A stretch of DNA of 64,000 nucleotides from Felis catus (Eukaryota). The stretch is taken from NCBI RefSeq assembly GCF_018350175.1, contig NC_058368.1, positions 228,968,001 to 229,032,000 of the forward strand, in the 5' to 3' direction. This document shows, in pieces, positions 12,661 to 24,261 of this stretch; within the stretch, counting starts at the first letter, position 1, and the number at the start of each line of letters is the position of its first letter. The translations under genes and the position numbers were made by a program. The notes under the pieces are model-generated. The model was not told the DNA's origin and did not search any database. It saw nothing but the letters and a program-made list of their open reading frames with translations.

Positions 12661-14349
12661 TTCAATGTCATCCTGTTATTCCATCCTGTTATGAAATTGG
12701 TGTTCTTAAAGGTAAAATGGACATATCAATTTTCCAAGTGGCAGATAGTTGGTTATTTTGCATTTGGCAATCAAAATAACGGGGGCATGTAAACCCCCAT
12801 TTTCACAAGGCAAAGAAACATTACTGAGACTCATGTAGGCCTTGTGTTCAAATACATTCAATAAATGTTGTTCTTTTAATAGGTAAATAAATCCAAATTT
12901 GATTAAAAGAATTAAGCTGGCCAAAAACAAATATGGCTAGTTGCTATAAAAATTAATTATGTGTTCAGGATATTCATTTGGTCTGCAAATGTAAAATAAA
13001 TAAGATAAACAGATCTCTCTACAACTATTGATCACAATGTTGAATAAGAAAAAGGGAATCATATGGCATTCTTGAATAGAATTTGACTTCCACAGAAGGG
13101 TTGCATTAAACTGAGTTGTCTCTAAGGCCAAGAAGTGAGAACATGAAATCATTGGGTGACCCTCACACTTAAAATCAGCAATAATTTTACATTAATGTCT
13201 ACAAGTAATTTGGCAAGCCTGTCTGAGCACCAGTTTTGGCTAATATAAAGTCTCAGCTATAATATACTTTTGGAAAGTTTTATATTTTGTAATCAGAGTT
13301 GAGGGCTCTAATGGGTCAGTGATAAGCAGCCTCAGCTACTGGCATATTCATTGTTCCATGACCAGAGATAACATTAAAATTTATATGCATGGCATAAGAA
13401 CAGCTTCATTCATCTTTGTAGTCGTAAAGTATAGTCACCAAACAACACTTCTCCACAAAAATACTTCTGTGAGACTTAGCCTGCTTTCCAGTCTTTGGAA
13501 ACCTGAATATATGGCCATGTCTTACACAGTTGCATCACTAGAATAAGATATCAAATACGCAAAAAGTCACAATTTCTCAAATAATGGATCTTTCAGTTTT
13601 CTCGGGAGCTGAAACGCAATGCTTAGAATTCAATGATATAGGCTAAGAATAGAATCCATAAAGATGCAGACTCTGTGTAGTAAAATGATAGCAAATGCTC
13701 AGACTTTGAGAGGAAAATCAGAGCTTCAGTTCTGTGAAACCAAGGCAAGTTCTTCAATGTGAAAGCCACGGCTTCTGCTTTTATATGTAGTCTACCTGAG
13801 GAGCTGGTGTGTATTTAAGAATGTTTTGATAGGTCTAGGGAAGAAGGGCAGTGGGGTTGATATATTATGTCTCTTTAGGACTTTCCTGAAGATATCAGAC
13901 GTTTGTTTGCCTGCTTTAATTGACCTCTGTGTTACATACGTGGGCTAAGGCAAATTTAGAAACATCTTAAGTACATATAATTTACAGGGAAACAAAGAAG
14001 ACAGCCAATTCACCAGAAATTTAATAGAGAGAGATCCCGGAAAGAGAAAATCTCAAAGAGCCCTCCTAGGAACTAACGCAAATGTGTGGATCAAGAAAAC
14101 TGCACACATGTGCTAGCCTCCACTCACATAGAAACAATCAGAGAAAACATGAGGCAAACTTGGTAACATTCCCCAAGCTCTATGCAGACCATCAACATAG
14201 GGCAGAAACACAAATGGTGAAAGGGAACCTCTCTCTAACCAAACACTGAAAGGTAAGCTGTACCTACCCAGGGTCAATTCCTAGGAAAATAGACTTAAAA
14301 TAACATCATACTCATCCCGGCACTCTGAAATACTGTGTGCAGGACCAAG

Positions 14350-14712
14350 TTAAAGTCCTAAGCCCAGTACCTCAGAGTGGGACCTTATTTAGAGATAGCA
14401 TCTTTAAAGAGATAATCACATTAAAGTGAGGTTATTGACTGAATCCTAATCCAGGATGACTGGTCTCTTTATTAGAAAGGGAAACTTGGACATAGATTTA
14501 ACAAAGGTAAGATGATGTGAAAAAAACGTACAGAAAAGACAGCCATATACAAGTCAAGCAGAGAAAACTAGAAAAGATTCTTCCCTTTTAGTCTTCAGAA
14601 GTAATTATCCCCTGCCTTGAGGTTGGTCTTTTAGCTTGTGAGCTATGAGATGACAGTTTTCTGTTGTTCAAACTATAGTATTTTGTTACAGCATCCCTGG
14701 CAAACAATTGCA
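14350..14712 (+). mobile_element. MLT1B/C-like MaLR solo LTR
   Basis: cccagtacctcagagtgggaccttatttagagatag, cctaatccaggatgactggt, tttctgttgtt, tattttgttacagcatccctggcaaac. Confidence 0.8.
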
Positions 14713-15297
14713 AAGGTGCAAAAATCTAAACTCTTTGGACTATAATAGTGGCCTCCCAGGCATACACACATACACACAATAGCAGAGGATAGAAATCTAA
14801 CTGACCAAGGGGGCATAAAGAACAAATTCTGAACAAAAAGTGGTACATGTTGATCCAGGAATGACTCTTAGATGGCTAGGCCAATAAAAACAAAAGGAAA
14901 GATCTGTGTAGGGACATCTGAGGCTGTGGGAAAATAGACTGGAGAATTAGCCCATCATGTCTCTAAATAAAGAAGTAAGGAAGTAAACAAAGACAATAAT
15001 ATCAATATCAAGAATGCATCAGGACCCAGAATTGCTAAAATCTATCATTTAAATTGTTTTCTAAGAAGCATGAGACATGCAAACAAATGGGCAATTTGAA
15101 CTGTAGACATTAAAAATAGCAGACAATAAAAACTCACAGTGGTGGACAATTGGTATGGTTTGCAAGCAAAGTCTTCTCAACATTGATTGTAAATATAGCC
15201 AAAAATCTAAAGGAAACCATGTTTAGAGAATTATAGGAAGGTGAGATAACAAGGTCTCATCAAATAGGCAGATGTGAATAGGTAGAAATTATTTTTA

Positions 15298-15461
15298 TTT
15301 TTTATTTTATTAAAGCTTACTTATTTAGAGACAGAGACAGAGACAGAGACAGAGACAGAGAGAGGGAGGGAGAATCCCAGGCAGGCTTCAAACTCACAAA
15401 CCATGAGATCGTGACCTGAGGTGAGTTGGATGGTTGACCAACTGAGACACCCAGGTGCCCC
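15298..15461 (-). mobile_element. Can-SINE with internal deletion
   Basis: Perfect 14-bp TSD agaaattattttta (15284-15297 / 15466-15479); (GACAGA)n tract. Confidence 0.93.
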
Positions 15462-15493
15462 AAAAAGAAATTATTTTTAAAAGTGGGAATTAT

Positions 15494-15702
15494 GGGGCGC
15501 CTGGGTGGCTCAGTCGGTTAAGCGTCCGACTTCGGCCCGGGTCAGGATCTCGCGGTCCGTGAGTTCGAGCCCCGCGTGGGGCTCTGGGCTGATGGCTCAG
15601 AGCCTGGAGCCTGCTTCCGATTCTGTGTCTCCCTCTGTCTCTGCCCCTCCCCCGTTCAAGCTCTGTCTCTCTCTGTCTCAAAAATAAATAAACGTTAAAA
15701 AA
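15494..15702 (+). mobile_element. Young felid Can-SINE (SINEC_Fc-like)
   Basis: CpG-rich, intact A/B boxes (tggctcagtcgg, gagttcgagccc); perfect TSD aaaagtgggaattat. Confidence 0.97.
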
Positions 15703-16309
15703 AAAAGTGGGAATTATGATATACAAAAAGTATAATAACTGAAGTTAAAATTTCACTAGAGGAAGTTTGATCATCAATTTGAATTGGCAAAAGAGAGAAT
15801 ACGCTAACTTAAAAGTAGATCAAGATAACGTGCAATCTGAAGAATGAAGAAAAATGAATAGAGTTCCAGAGAAATGTCACAAATGTATGATTCCATTTAT
15901 ATGAAATGTTCAAAATATGCATATTTATGTGACCAAAATAGATTAGTGGGCTTTGGGGTTCTGCATTTAAGAAGCTTGGGAGTCACTAATCTACTCTACC
16001 AAGAAGTAACAACTCAATAGACTGGGAAATCAACAACTCTTTTTGGAGGGGACCCAGGGAAAAATCACTGCTGCCAAGTTTCAAGGAAAGTAGGTGAATA
16101 CAGGAAATTGCAGTTTGAACAGAGACTCAAAGGGCTTTCCACCATGGGAACCAGCACCAGGATAAGAAAAACTGCACAATAATTGATGAAATGCTGGAGA
16201 TCAGGTGTGGAGAAGTCTGAGAGTTAAAAACTGCTGTAGGAACCAGTAATAAGACAGACCTCACAGTGTTGTGAGATTTATCTCACATTTACAAATTTAC
16301 AAATCACAT

Positions 16310-16730
16310 ACCAATTTGTGTGACTTAGAAGTCACATATCAATAAATGGAGACAAAATATTTGATAAAATTCAACACTCATTCATGATAAAAACTCTCAC
16401 TAAATTAGGAATAGATAATGAACTTCCTCAACTTAATAAATAATATCTACAAAATACCTGCACCTATATCATACTTAATGGTGAAAAATGTAAAGCTTTT
16501 CCACTAATATCACGTACAAGGCAAAGATGTCCCTTCTCTGCACTCCTTTGCAACATTGTACTGGAAGTCCTAGCCAGTGCAATCAGACATGAAAAGTATA
16601 TAAAAGTATATAGATGGGTAATGAAGACCTAAAACTCTCTTTGTTCACAGATGACATGATTGTGTATGTAGAAAATGGATAGAATCAGCAGGGAAACTTC
16701 TGGAACTAATAAGTTATTATACAAGTGTAA
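16310..16730 (+). mobile_element. Old L1 ORF2 reverse-transcriptase fragment
   Basis: Translates to [35 protein letters not shown] and [13 protein letters not shown] (FADD motif region). Confidence 0.92.
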
Positions 16731-16910
16731 TTCTGGTTCTTGCTATCACATTATTGGTGGAAGTGAAACTCGATCCATATTTCTTCAATATTTTTCTTTT
16801 TGCTTCAGAGAGTGTCATTTGTTTTGATCTATATTCAAGGTCACACACATTTTTTTTAAATCTCCAGTCTCCTGTGAATCTAAATGGCATTTCAAAAAAT
16901 TTTAGTTATT

Positions 16911-18246
16911 TGAGGAACCTCCACACTGTTTTCCAGAAAGACTGCACCAGTTTGCAATTCCATCAACAATGCAAAAGAGTTCCCATTTCTCCACATCCTT
17001 GCCAACATCTGTTGTTTCCTGAGTTGTTCATTTTAGCCACCCTGACAGGTGTGAGGTGGTATCTCATTGCGGTTTTGATTTGCATTTCCCTGATGATGAG
17101 TGATGTTGAACATCTTTTCATGTGTCTGTTAGCCATCTGGAGGTCTTCTTTGGAGAAGTGTCTGTTCACGTCTTCTGCCCATTTCTTTACTGGATTATTT
17201 GTTTTTCAGGTGTTGAGTTTGGTAAGTTCTTTATAGATTTTGGATACTAACCCTTTATCTGATATGTCATTTGCAAATATCTTCTCCCATTACATTGGCT
17301 GACTTTTAGTTTTGTTGATTGTTTCCTTTGCTGTGCAGAAGCTTTTTATCTCAATGAAGTCCCAGTGATTGATTTTTGCTTTTGTTTCCCTTGTCTTTGG
17401 AGATATGTCAAGTAAGAAGTTGTTGCAGCCTAGGTCAAAGAACTTGTTGCCTATTTTATCCTCTAGGGTTTTGATGGTTTCTGGTCTCACATTTAGGTCT
17501 TTCATCTATTTTGAGTTTATTTTTGTGTATGGTGTAAGAAAGTGGTCTAGTTTATTTCTTCTGCATGTTTCTGTCCAGTTCTCCCAGCACCATTTGTTAC
17601 AGAGACTGTCTTTTTTCCATTGGATACCCTTTCCTGTTTTGTCAAAGATTAGTTGGCCATACATTAGTAGATCCAGTTTTTGGGTTCTCTATTCTATTCC
17701 ATTGGTCTATTTATCTGTTTTTGTGCCAATACCATACTGTCTTGATGATTACAGCTTTGTAGTAGAGGCTAAAGTCCAGGGTTGTGATGCCTCCTGCTTT
17801 GTTTTTCTTTTTCAACATTACTTTGGCTATTTGGGGTCTTTTGTGGTTCCATACAAATTTTAGGATTGTTTGTTCTAGCTCTGAGAAGAATGCCAGTGTA
17901 ATTTTGATTGGCATTGTGTTGAATGTGTAGATTGTTTTGGATAGTATTGACATTTTAACAATATCTGTTCTTCCAATCCATGAGCATGGAATATTTTTCC
18001 ATTTCTTTGTGTCTTCTTCAATTTCCTTCATAAGCTTTCTATAGTTCTCAGCATACAGAGTTTTACATCTTTGGTTAGGTTTATTCCTAGGTATTTTATG
18101 GGTCTTAGTACAATTGTAAATGGGATCGATTTCTTGATTTCTCTTTGTTTCTTCATTATTGCTGTATAGAAATGTAACCAATTTATGTACATTGATTTTA
18201 TATCCTGCAACTTTCCTGAATTCATTTATCAACTCTAGCAGCTTTT
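16911..18246 (-). mobile_element. Carnivore/felid L1 ORF2, inverted 5' segment (frameshifted)
   Basis: ORF track peptides [73 protein letters not shown]. Confidence 0.97.
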
Positions 18247-18247
18247 A

Positions 18248-18880
18248 AATTACCCTACGACCTAGCAATAGCACAAAGGATACAGGAGTGCTGATTCGTA
18301 GGGGCATATGTGCCCCAATGTTTATAGCAGCACTATCAACAATAGCCAAATTATGGAAAGAGCCCAAATGTTCATCAACTGATCAATGGATAAAGAAGAT
18401 GTAGTTTATATATACAATGGAATACTACCTGGCAATGAGACAGAATGAAATCTCGCCATTTGCAACAACATAGATGGAACTGGAGGCTATTATGCTAAGT
18501 GAAATAAGTCAGTCAGAGAAAGGCAGATATCATATATTTTCACTCCTAATGTGGAATTTGAGAAAATTTAACAGAAGACCCTGGGGAAGAGAAGGGGAAA
18601 AAAGTAGTTTCAAACAGAGGGAGGCAAACCATACGAGACTCTTAAATACAGAGAACAAACTGTTGGGGGGAGGGCGAGGGAGAGGGGAAAATGGGTAATA
18701 GGTGATGGACATTGAGGAGGGCACTTGTTGGGATGAACACTGGTGTTGTAAGTAAGTGATGAATCATGGGAATCTACTCCCAAAGCCAAGAAAACACTGT
18801 ATATACTGCATGTTAGCTAACTTGACAGTAAATTTATATTTTTAAAAAGTATAAAAATATAATTTGTGAAAAGAAAAAAA
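18248..18880 (+). mobile_element. Same L1, non-inverted ORF2 end, 3' UTR and A-rich tail
   Basis: aattaccctacgacc (LPYDPAI), MELEAIMLSEISQSEK, carnivore 3' UTR, A-rich tail followed by tagttatt. Confidence 0.96.
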
Positions 18881-19846
18881 TAGTTATTCTGCCTTTCAGC
18901 TTTGAAAATATTACTTTTAAAGACATTATTTCAATTTCTTGTTTGATAGTCCTTACCTGAATATGCATTTTCCTTTATTTTAAATAGATACATATTTTAA
19001 GCATTTAACCATACGTTCAATAGCTGTTCTTTGTCTGATAAGTATAATTTCTGATCTCAGAGTCTGTTTCCATTGACTGCCTCTTTTCTTCAGTGGGTCT
19101 CATTTTCCTATTTCTTGTTATTTTTAATAATTTTGGGTTGAAAATTGGACATTGTGGAAAATATACCATTTTATTTGCTGCTCTATATGGCAGTTAATTT
19201 CCTTGGACTCAAAGAACAAAATTTTTCTTCTCTGTATTTCACAGAAACTAATACCTATGCTGTTCTTGTTTTCCATCATTGCCGTTTTATCCCAACCTCC
19301 CGGGGATGTCTCTCTAATTTCTGTACAATTTACAGCTCCTTGCCAGCCTCTGACTCTGTCATCTAATGTTTGAAAATCAGAGGGCTTCAGCTTTCTGCTT
19401 CCTGAGCTGCAGAGTTTTAGGAGTGCACTGTTCTAACAGCAAAACCTCACACATCTCACCCCACCCAGCTCGATCATTCCCGCTCCCTCTCTCCCCCTAC
19501 TGCTTCTGTTTGGCCCTGGGGCCTCCCGAACACGTGCATATATATCTAACAGTCAGACATTCGGAAGACCATATGCTCAAAATATGTGTTGTTCTGTGAT
19601 ATCCTTGCTACCAGAATTTGCCTCTTTGAATCCCCAGCTGTGGATCCCTATTTCTGGCACCCGAGTTAAAGCTGTGGCTTCCACTTCTGGTTTCCACAGT
19701 TTTAGAAAAGAAGGTTGGCAGGGGATCTCAGGTTGGATAGCCTCAAAATCCTAATTCTTCCCCTTCTGTTTGCATTTTCTTGAAAGGTACATTTTGCGAA
19801 ATGTTCCTCTGACCTCTGTGTTATGTTGCATCGCTCATGGTGTCAT

Positions 19847-19930
19847 CCTCTTCCTTTTCTCCTTCTCCTCCTCCTCCTCCTCCTTCCCTACCCCCCCCCC
19901 CCCCCGCTTCTCCTTCTCCCCCTTCTTCTT
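19847..19930. repeat. Polypyrimidine tract with (CCT)n and C15 run
   Basis: Directly visible; C run at 19891-19905. Confidence 0.9.
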
Positions 19931-20059
19931 GGAGCCACATAGTTTATTTAGTCTGATTTCCAATTTTAACAGATTACAGCAAAATAGACCTAATAATTCA
20001 AGTGTATCAGTCTTATTTCACCACATAAGAAATGACTAATAATGAGAACTATAAGAAGT

Positions 20060-20600
20060 ACTTATATCAGGAAATGAGAAAAAAAAAGAACAATATAAAG
20101 CAAAAAGAAATTAAGAGGAGGAAATAGTAAAGGTAAATAGTGAAATAAATGAACTATGCCAAAAATAGCCAACTGGATAAATAAACCCAATCACTTGTTA
20201 CTTTGAAAATATCATTTATTATATAAATAACTGGTAAGCCTGATGTAAGAGACAGTGTAAAATATGCAAAATTAGGGATGCTAAAGGAGATATACCACCA
20301 AAGCATAAGTACTACTGCTAATTATTGTTATCCAGTCCCATGGCAACAAATGTGGAGACTTGGAGATAATGAGAACATTCTTTGGAAATGTTCCTCTGGA
20401 CTGTATCATTTAAGAAAAAAAAATGACTTAATGTGTTAAAATGCACCTGGACCACAATATTTTGTGAATTAGTTTTATCTGACTTTTAAGAAGCAAGCCA
20501 ACCCGAAGTAATCGCAAATTCTCCAGATGATAGCCTATTTAGAAATCTCCCCAATCAGTTTTCTAATGCTAGCTTAGTATTAAAGCATGGTAAATAATAC
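20060..20600 (+). mobile_element. Very old L1 ORF2 fragment (region between EN and RT)
   Basis: gaggaaatagtaaaggtaaatagtgaaataaatgaa (cf. RKEIIKIRAEINE); aaaattagggatgctaaaggagatatacc (cf. KIRNEKGDIT). Confidence 0.7.
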
Positions 20601-21640
20601 AGTCTAAGCTGAGGCCATAAAGACGTAAATTCTACACCCCCATTTTACTGACAATAACTGAACATTAGAAATGGTTTTCTCACCTCGCAGGTCCAGCCAG
20701 CCCTTAGAGCATGATGGAAAAAAAAGGAAGCTCAAGAGAAGCCGAGGACTGCTCAAATTAGTATTAAATATCCTAGAGATGGACTGTGCAAATTATTGTG
20801 ATATACCAGAGATTTATCCAAGTCCTCACCTAGAAAGGTGTCTCCTCCTTTTAAAACTAACTTAGGAGCACATGAAAAGCTCATCTTATATTTCTTATTA
20901 TTTAATGCATCTTTACATGCTCAACTCCTTTCCTGTGAACAGAAGATATTGCTTTTAAATGAAACTCTGTGGAATTACCCTTAACTGCTTTTAGAGCAGA
21001 ACAGCTGTGCATGATTAATGTTATTATAATAAATACTATGAGAATTTGTAGCAAATTGTCAACCGCCATTACCTGCTAACAAAATAATTTATCACTTTTT
21101 AATTTCTAAATTCATAATTCTAACCTAATTAATCCATCTTAAGATTACTCAATTCATTAGCCTATTTGATTTGGTTCATTGGCCAGGCCCCAGTATGTAT
21201 GTAAAAACTATATTGTAAGTCTGTAAATCAGCTGCTCTCCATTGGAACAAAGTGCTTATGACTTAATATGTTATTCATGTGAATATTTTATGTTTATTCT
21301 TATGAACTTTAATTAACTTTATTGAGCTTTAGGAATAAAAATTAGCAATGTCTCTAATATCCAATAAATGTGGAATCCAGACATTTTTGTCCAGGATGCC
21401 ACAGGGTATGTTTTACTCTTTTCTTTATCTATTTTTTTCCTTCCGATGACGTGTAGGAAGTGTACTTTTCTAGCTTATGTCAAAATTCAAACAAGGAAGA
21501 GTTGCATTGTTACCTACCTCTTTAAGACATTATATTTTCATAAACTACCATTGCTCAATGCTCAATGTTAAAAGTCAAATGTCTATGATATGTACAAAGG
21601 TAAAACACTTTGAGTATGTAAGCCTTCATTCATATATTTG

Positions 21641-21704
21641 GGATTTAAAATTTTTTTTAATTTATTTTGAGAAAGAGAGAGAGAAAGTGAGCAAGCAGGG
21701 AAAG

Positions 21705-21738
<34 letters not shown>

Positions 21739-21856
21739 CCCAAGCAGGTTCTGCACTGTCAGCACAGAGCCCAGTGAGGGGCTCAAACTGTGAGATCATG
21801 ACCTGAGCTGAAATCAAGAGTTGGATGCTTAACCGACTGAGCCACCCAGGCAGCCC
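21641..21856 (-). mobile_element. Can-SINE
   Basis: Perfect 15-bp TSD tcattcatatatttg. Confidence 0.96.
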
Positions 21857-22490
21857 TCATTCATATATTTGTGACAAGTATTATCAACTAAAAAAGTTTT
21901 CCACGGTCTGTGTCTCCCCTCTTCACAAATAATGTATGGTGTTGGTCACACATTCCTTTCTATTTTGCATTTCACAAATACATATATACTTGTTTCAGAA
22001 TGGTTTTGGAGGTATTGTGATATAAAAAAAAATTGAGACAAAAGCAGCAGTTAGTATGATAAGTTTGTACTGAATAGGAGTGCAGGAAAAACTTTCAAGG
22101 ATTTTTGATGAGAAGTTGACAAAATTGCTACAGGGCATGAAGAAGGACGGGAAAGATATTCACGGGTTCTCTATTCCTCTATGTGTATGTACAACATTTG
22201 ATACTTCACTATAGTTCACTGCAATAAACTTCCTACCACTTAGAAATGATTCTTTTGCTGCTGGACTCCAAATTTCTGACTTCAACTCTCTTCTATAGTT
22301 CAATCATGCATTTTCTGCTTCCACTTGTCACATTTTGAAGAATTTCCAACTGATACTCGGTTTTAATTATGGTAAGTAATTGTACCAAATATAAATGTGC
22401 TACTCCCACACGAGGGAGGGGCAAACTAAGGGGCACTTCATAGTTCACTAAAACCATATCTTTATTCTTTCATTTTATTTTGCCACAACA

Positions 22491-22700
22491 GAGGGTACCT
22501 GGGTGGCTCAGTTGGTTAAATGACTGACTTGGGGTCATGATCTCACAGTCTGTGAGTTCAAGCCCCGCATCTGGCTCTGTGCTGACAGCTCAGAGCCTGG
22601 AACCTGCTTCGGATTCTGTCTTCCGCTCTCTCTGCACCTTCCCCGCTCGTACTCTGTCTCTGTCTCTCTCTCTCAAAAATAAATAAACATTTAGAAAAAA
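22491..22700 (+). mobile_element. Can-SINE
   Basis: Head, (CT)n tract and tail recognisable. Confidence 0.95.
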
Positions 22701-23627
22701 TGTAATTTTACCAACAAGTTTGCATAGCACATAGAAAGACAGTCTTCATGAAGTTCCAAAATAGCAGATTAGCTGGCTCTGCTCCACCTAAAATGTTTAT
22801 TGGTTGGGATTATGGCGGTAAATCCTGAAAATTAGAGTTGAGTCAATGCTCTGTATTTGTTCAAACACCTGGCATGGAATCAAGTTGTTAGAAGGAAACA
22901 TGGTTGGGGTGAGGGGTGACCTTCACTTTTCCTTTCTACATGTTCCACTTCAACTCTTCAGGATTTCTGTAAGAAGAACCTAATGATGGAATGCAAGAGT
23001 GGTTTCCATTTGACCTTTCTTTTTGAATCCATGAATTCAGGCGAATGAAAACAAAAATAAAACTACAAAAAACCTGAACTGGAATTGAGAAGAAATGTAG
23101 TGGATCAGCATACATTAACATTGCTATTAAAATATTTAAAAATAAAACCATTTTTCCAGTTATCTAACTTACTCACTGTATGATCTTAAGACATTTAAAA
23201 ATGTATTGTGTTGCTGATTGTTATTTTCTTTCAAGTTAAAAAAGTCTATAAAACAGCATCATTTCCCTGAACCCATTTTTAAATTAAAATAATTTTTTAC
23301 AATGATTTGAAAGTGATTAGATTCCCAGGCTTTTTTCTAGATGATTAGTCACTAAAGAGTAAGTTATTATTCTTAAAAAGAGTTTAAAGGTAAATTAAAG
23401 AACCTCAAGATCCCATTTAGTATATAATGCTGTGGAATTCTGATTTAAAACTATGACTTGACTTAATGTTTTCTGTTTCCCATGCGCACACGTGTCAGGG
23501 ATCACCTAAATCACATGATTGCCATTCATTTCACCTTAGCATATTTTCTCCGAAGTTGTTAAAACCAAATATGTGTTTTCATCTTAGATTTATTTACAAA
23601 AGGAATAAAACAGAAATTCAATTGTGG

Positions 23628-23628
<1 letters not shown>

Positions 23629-23668
<40 letters not shown>
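23629..23668. repeat. (TG)20 microsatellite
   Basis: Directly visible. Confidence 0.97.
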
Positions 23669-23671
<3 letters not shown>

Positions 23672-24099
23672 CAGCAGCCCAAATCTTAGAAAATTCTTCC
23701 TTGATCATTTCCCAGGAGTAGATCAAAAAATAGTTAATTCACTGATACTTACATGCAAAATTAACTCAGGTAATCACAGATTTCATTGCCCATGCATATT
23801 TAACAACATTTGAAGTATCTGTTGCACCTCAATGATATCCTCCATTTAATTTTTACCCCGTCATGATTTTTTCTTATATATTTTTAATTCAATTTCCCAC
23901 AATGATGTGGAGAAAGGAGTGTGATAAGAGCATATTTCTTGGATATAGGAAAATTTTAAAGGTGAATGGAGTCATTCAAACCACTATTCACATTTCCTGT
24001 GACTGCCATTCACATGTATGAAGAAATGACAGTTTTCTTCTCAGATCTGTACTCTGGAATTAGTATTGCTTTGGTTAAACTACATTTAAAAAACTAGCA

Positions 24100-24261
24100 T
24101 CTCAGGGGAATATAGTCAATCATATCATAAAAATTCTGTGTGGTGACAGATGGTAATTATCCTTATGCTGAGCACTGTGTCATGTATACAATTACGGATT
24201 CACTATTTTGTGCACCTGAAACTAATATAACATTGTACATCAGCTGTATCGATTAAAAAAA
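24100..24261 (+). mobile_element. Short 5'-truncated L1 3' end (older carnivore type)
   Basis: gggaatatagtcaat, tggtgacagatggtaa, cacctgaaactaatataacattgta; TSD-like taaaaaactagc / taaaaaaatagc. Confidence 0.85.

Larger units (their letters stand above)
13960..15880 (+). mobile_element. Ancient L1 5' region and ORF1 remnant, interrupted by an MLT1 LTR and two SINEs
   Basis: 15725-15875 aaaagtataataactgaagttaaaatttcactagag...tttgaattggcaaaagagagaata matches the ORF1 coiled coil (KSTITEMKNSLEG..FELAEERI); left boundary uncertain. Confidence 0.65.
16740..19800 (-). mobile_element. Ancient L1 ORF1/5' region in antisense, split by a younger L1 at 16911-18880
   Basis: T-rich flanks (ttgatctatattcaaggtcac ... 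gttattctgcctttcagct) join as antisense ORF1-like sequence across the younger insertion; right boundary uncertain. Confidence 0.5.

Noticed and set aside
15494..15580. tRNA gene (A and B boxes)
   Set aside because: This is the tRNA-derived head of a Can-SINE. The same applies to all copies and to SINE-derived ORFs such as MAQSVKRPTS.
16754..17863. 160-aa and 164-aa plus-strand ORFs
   Set aside because: Antisense shadows of L1 ORF2.
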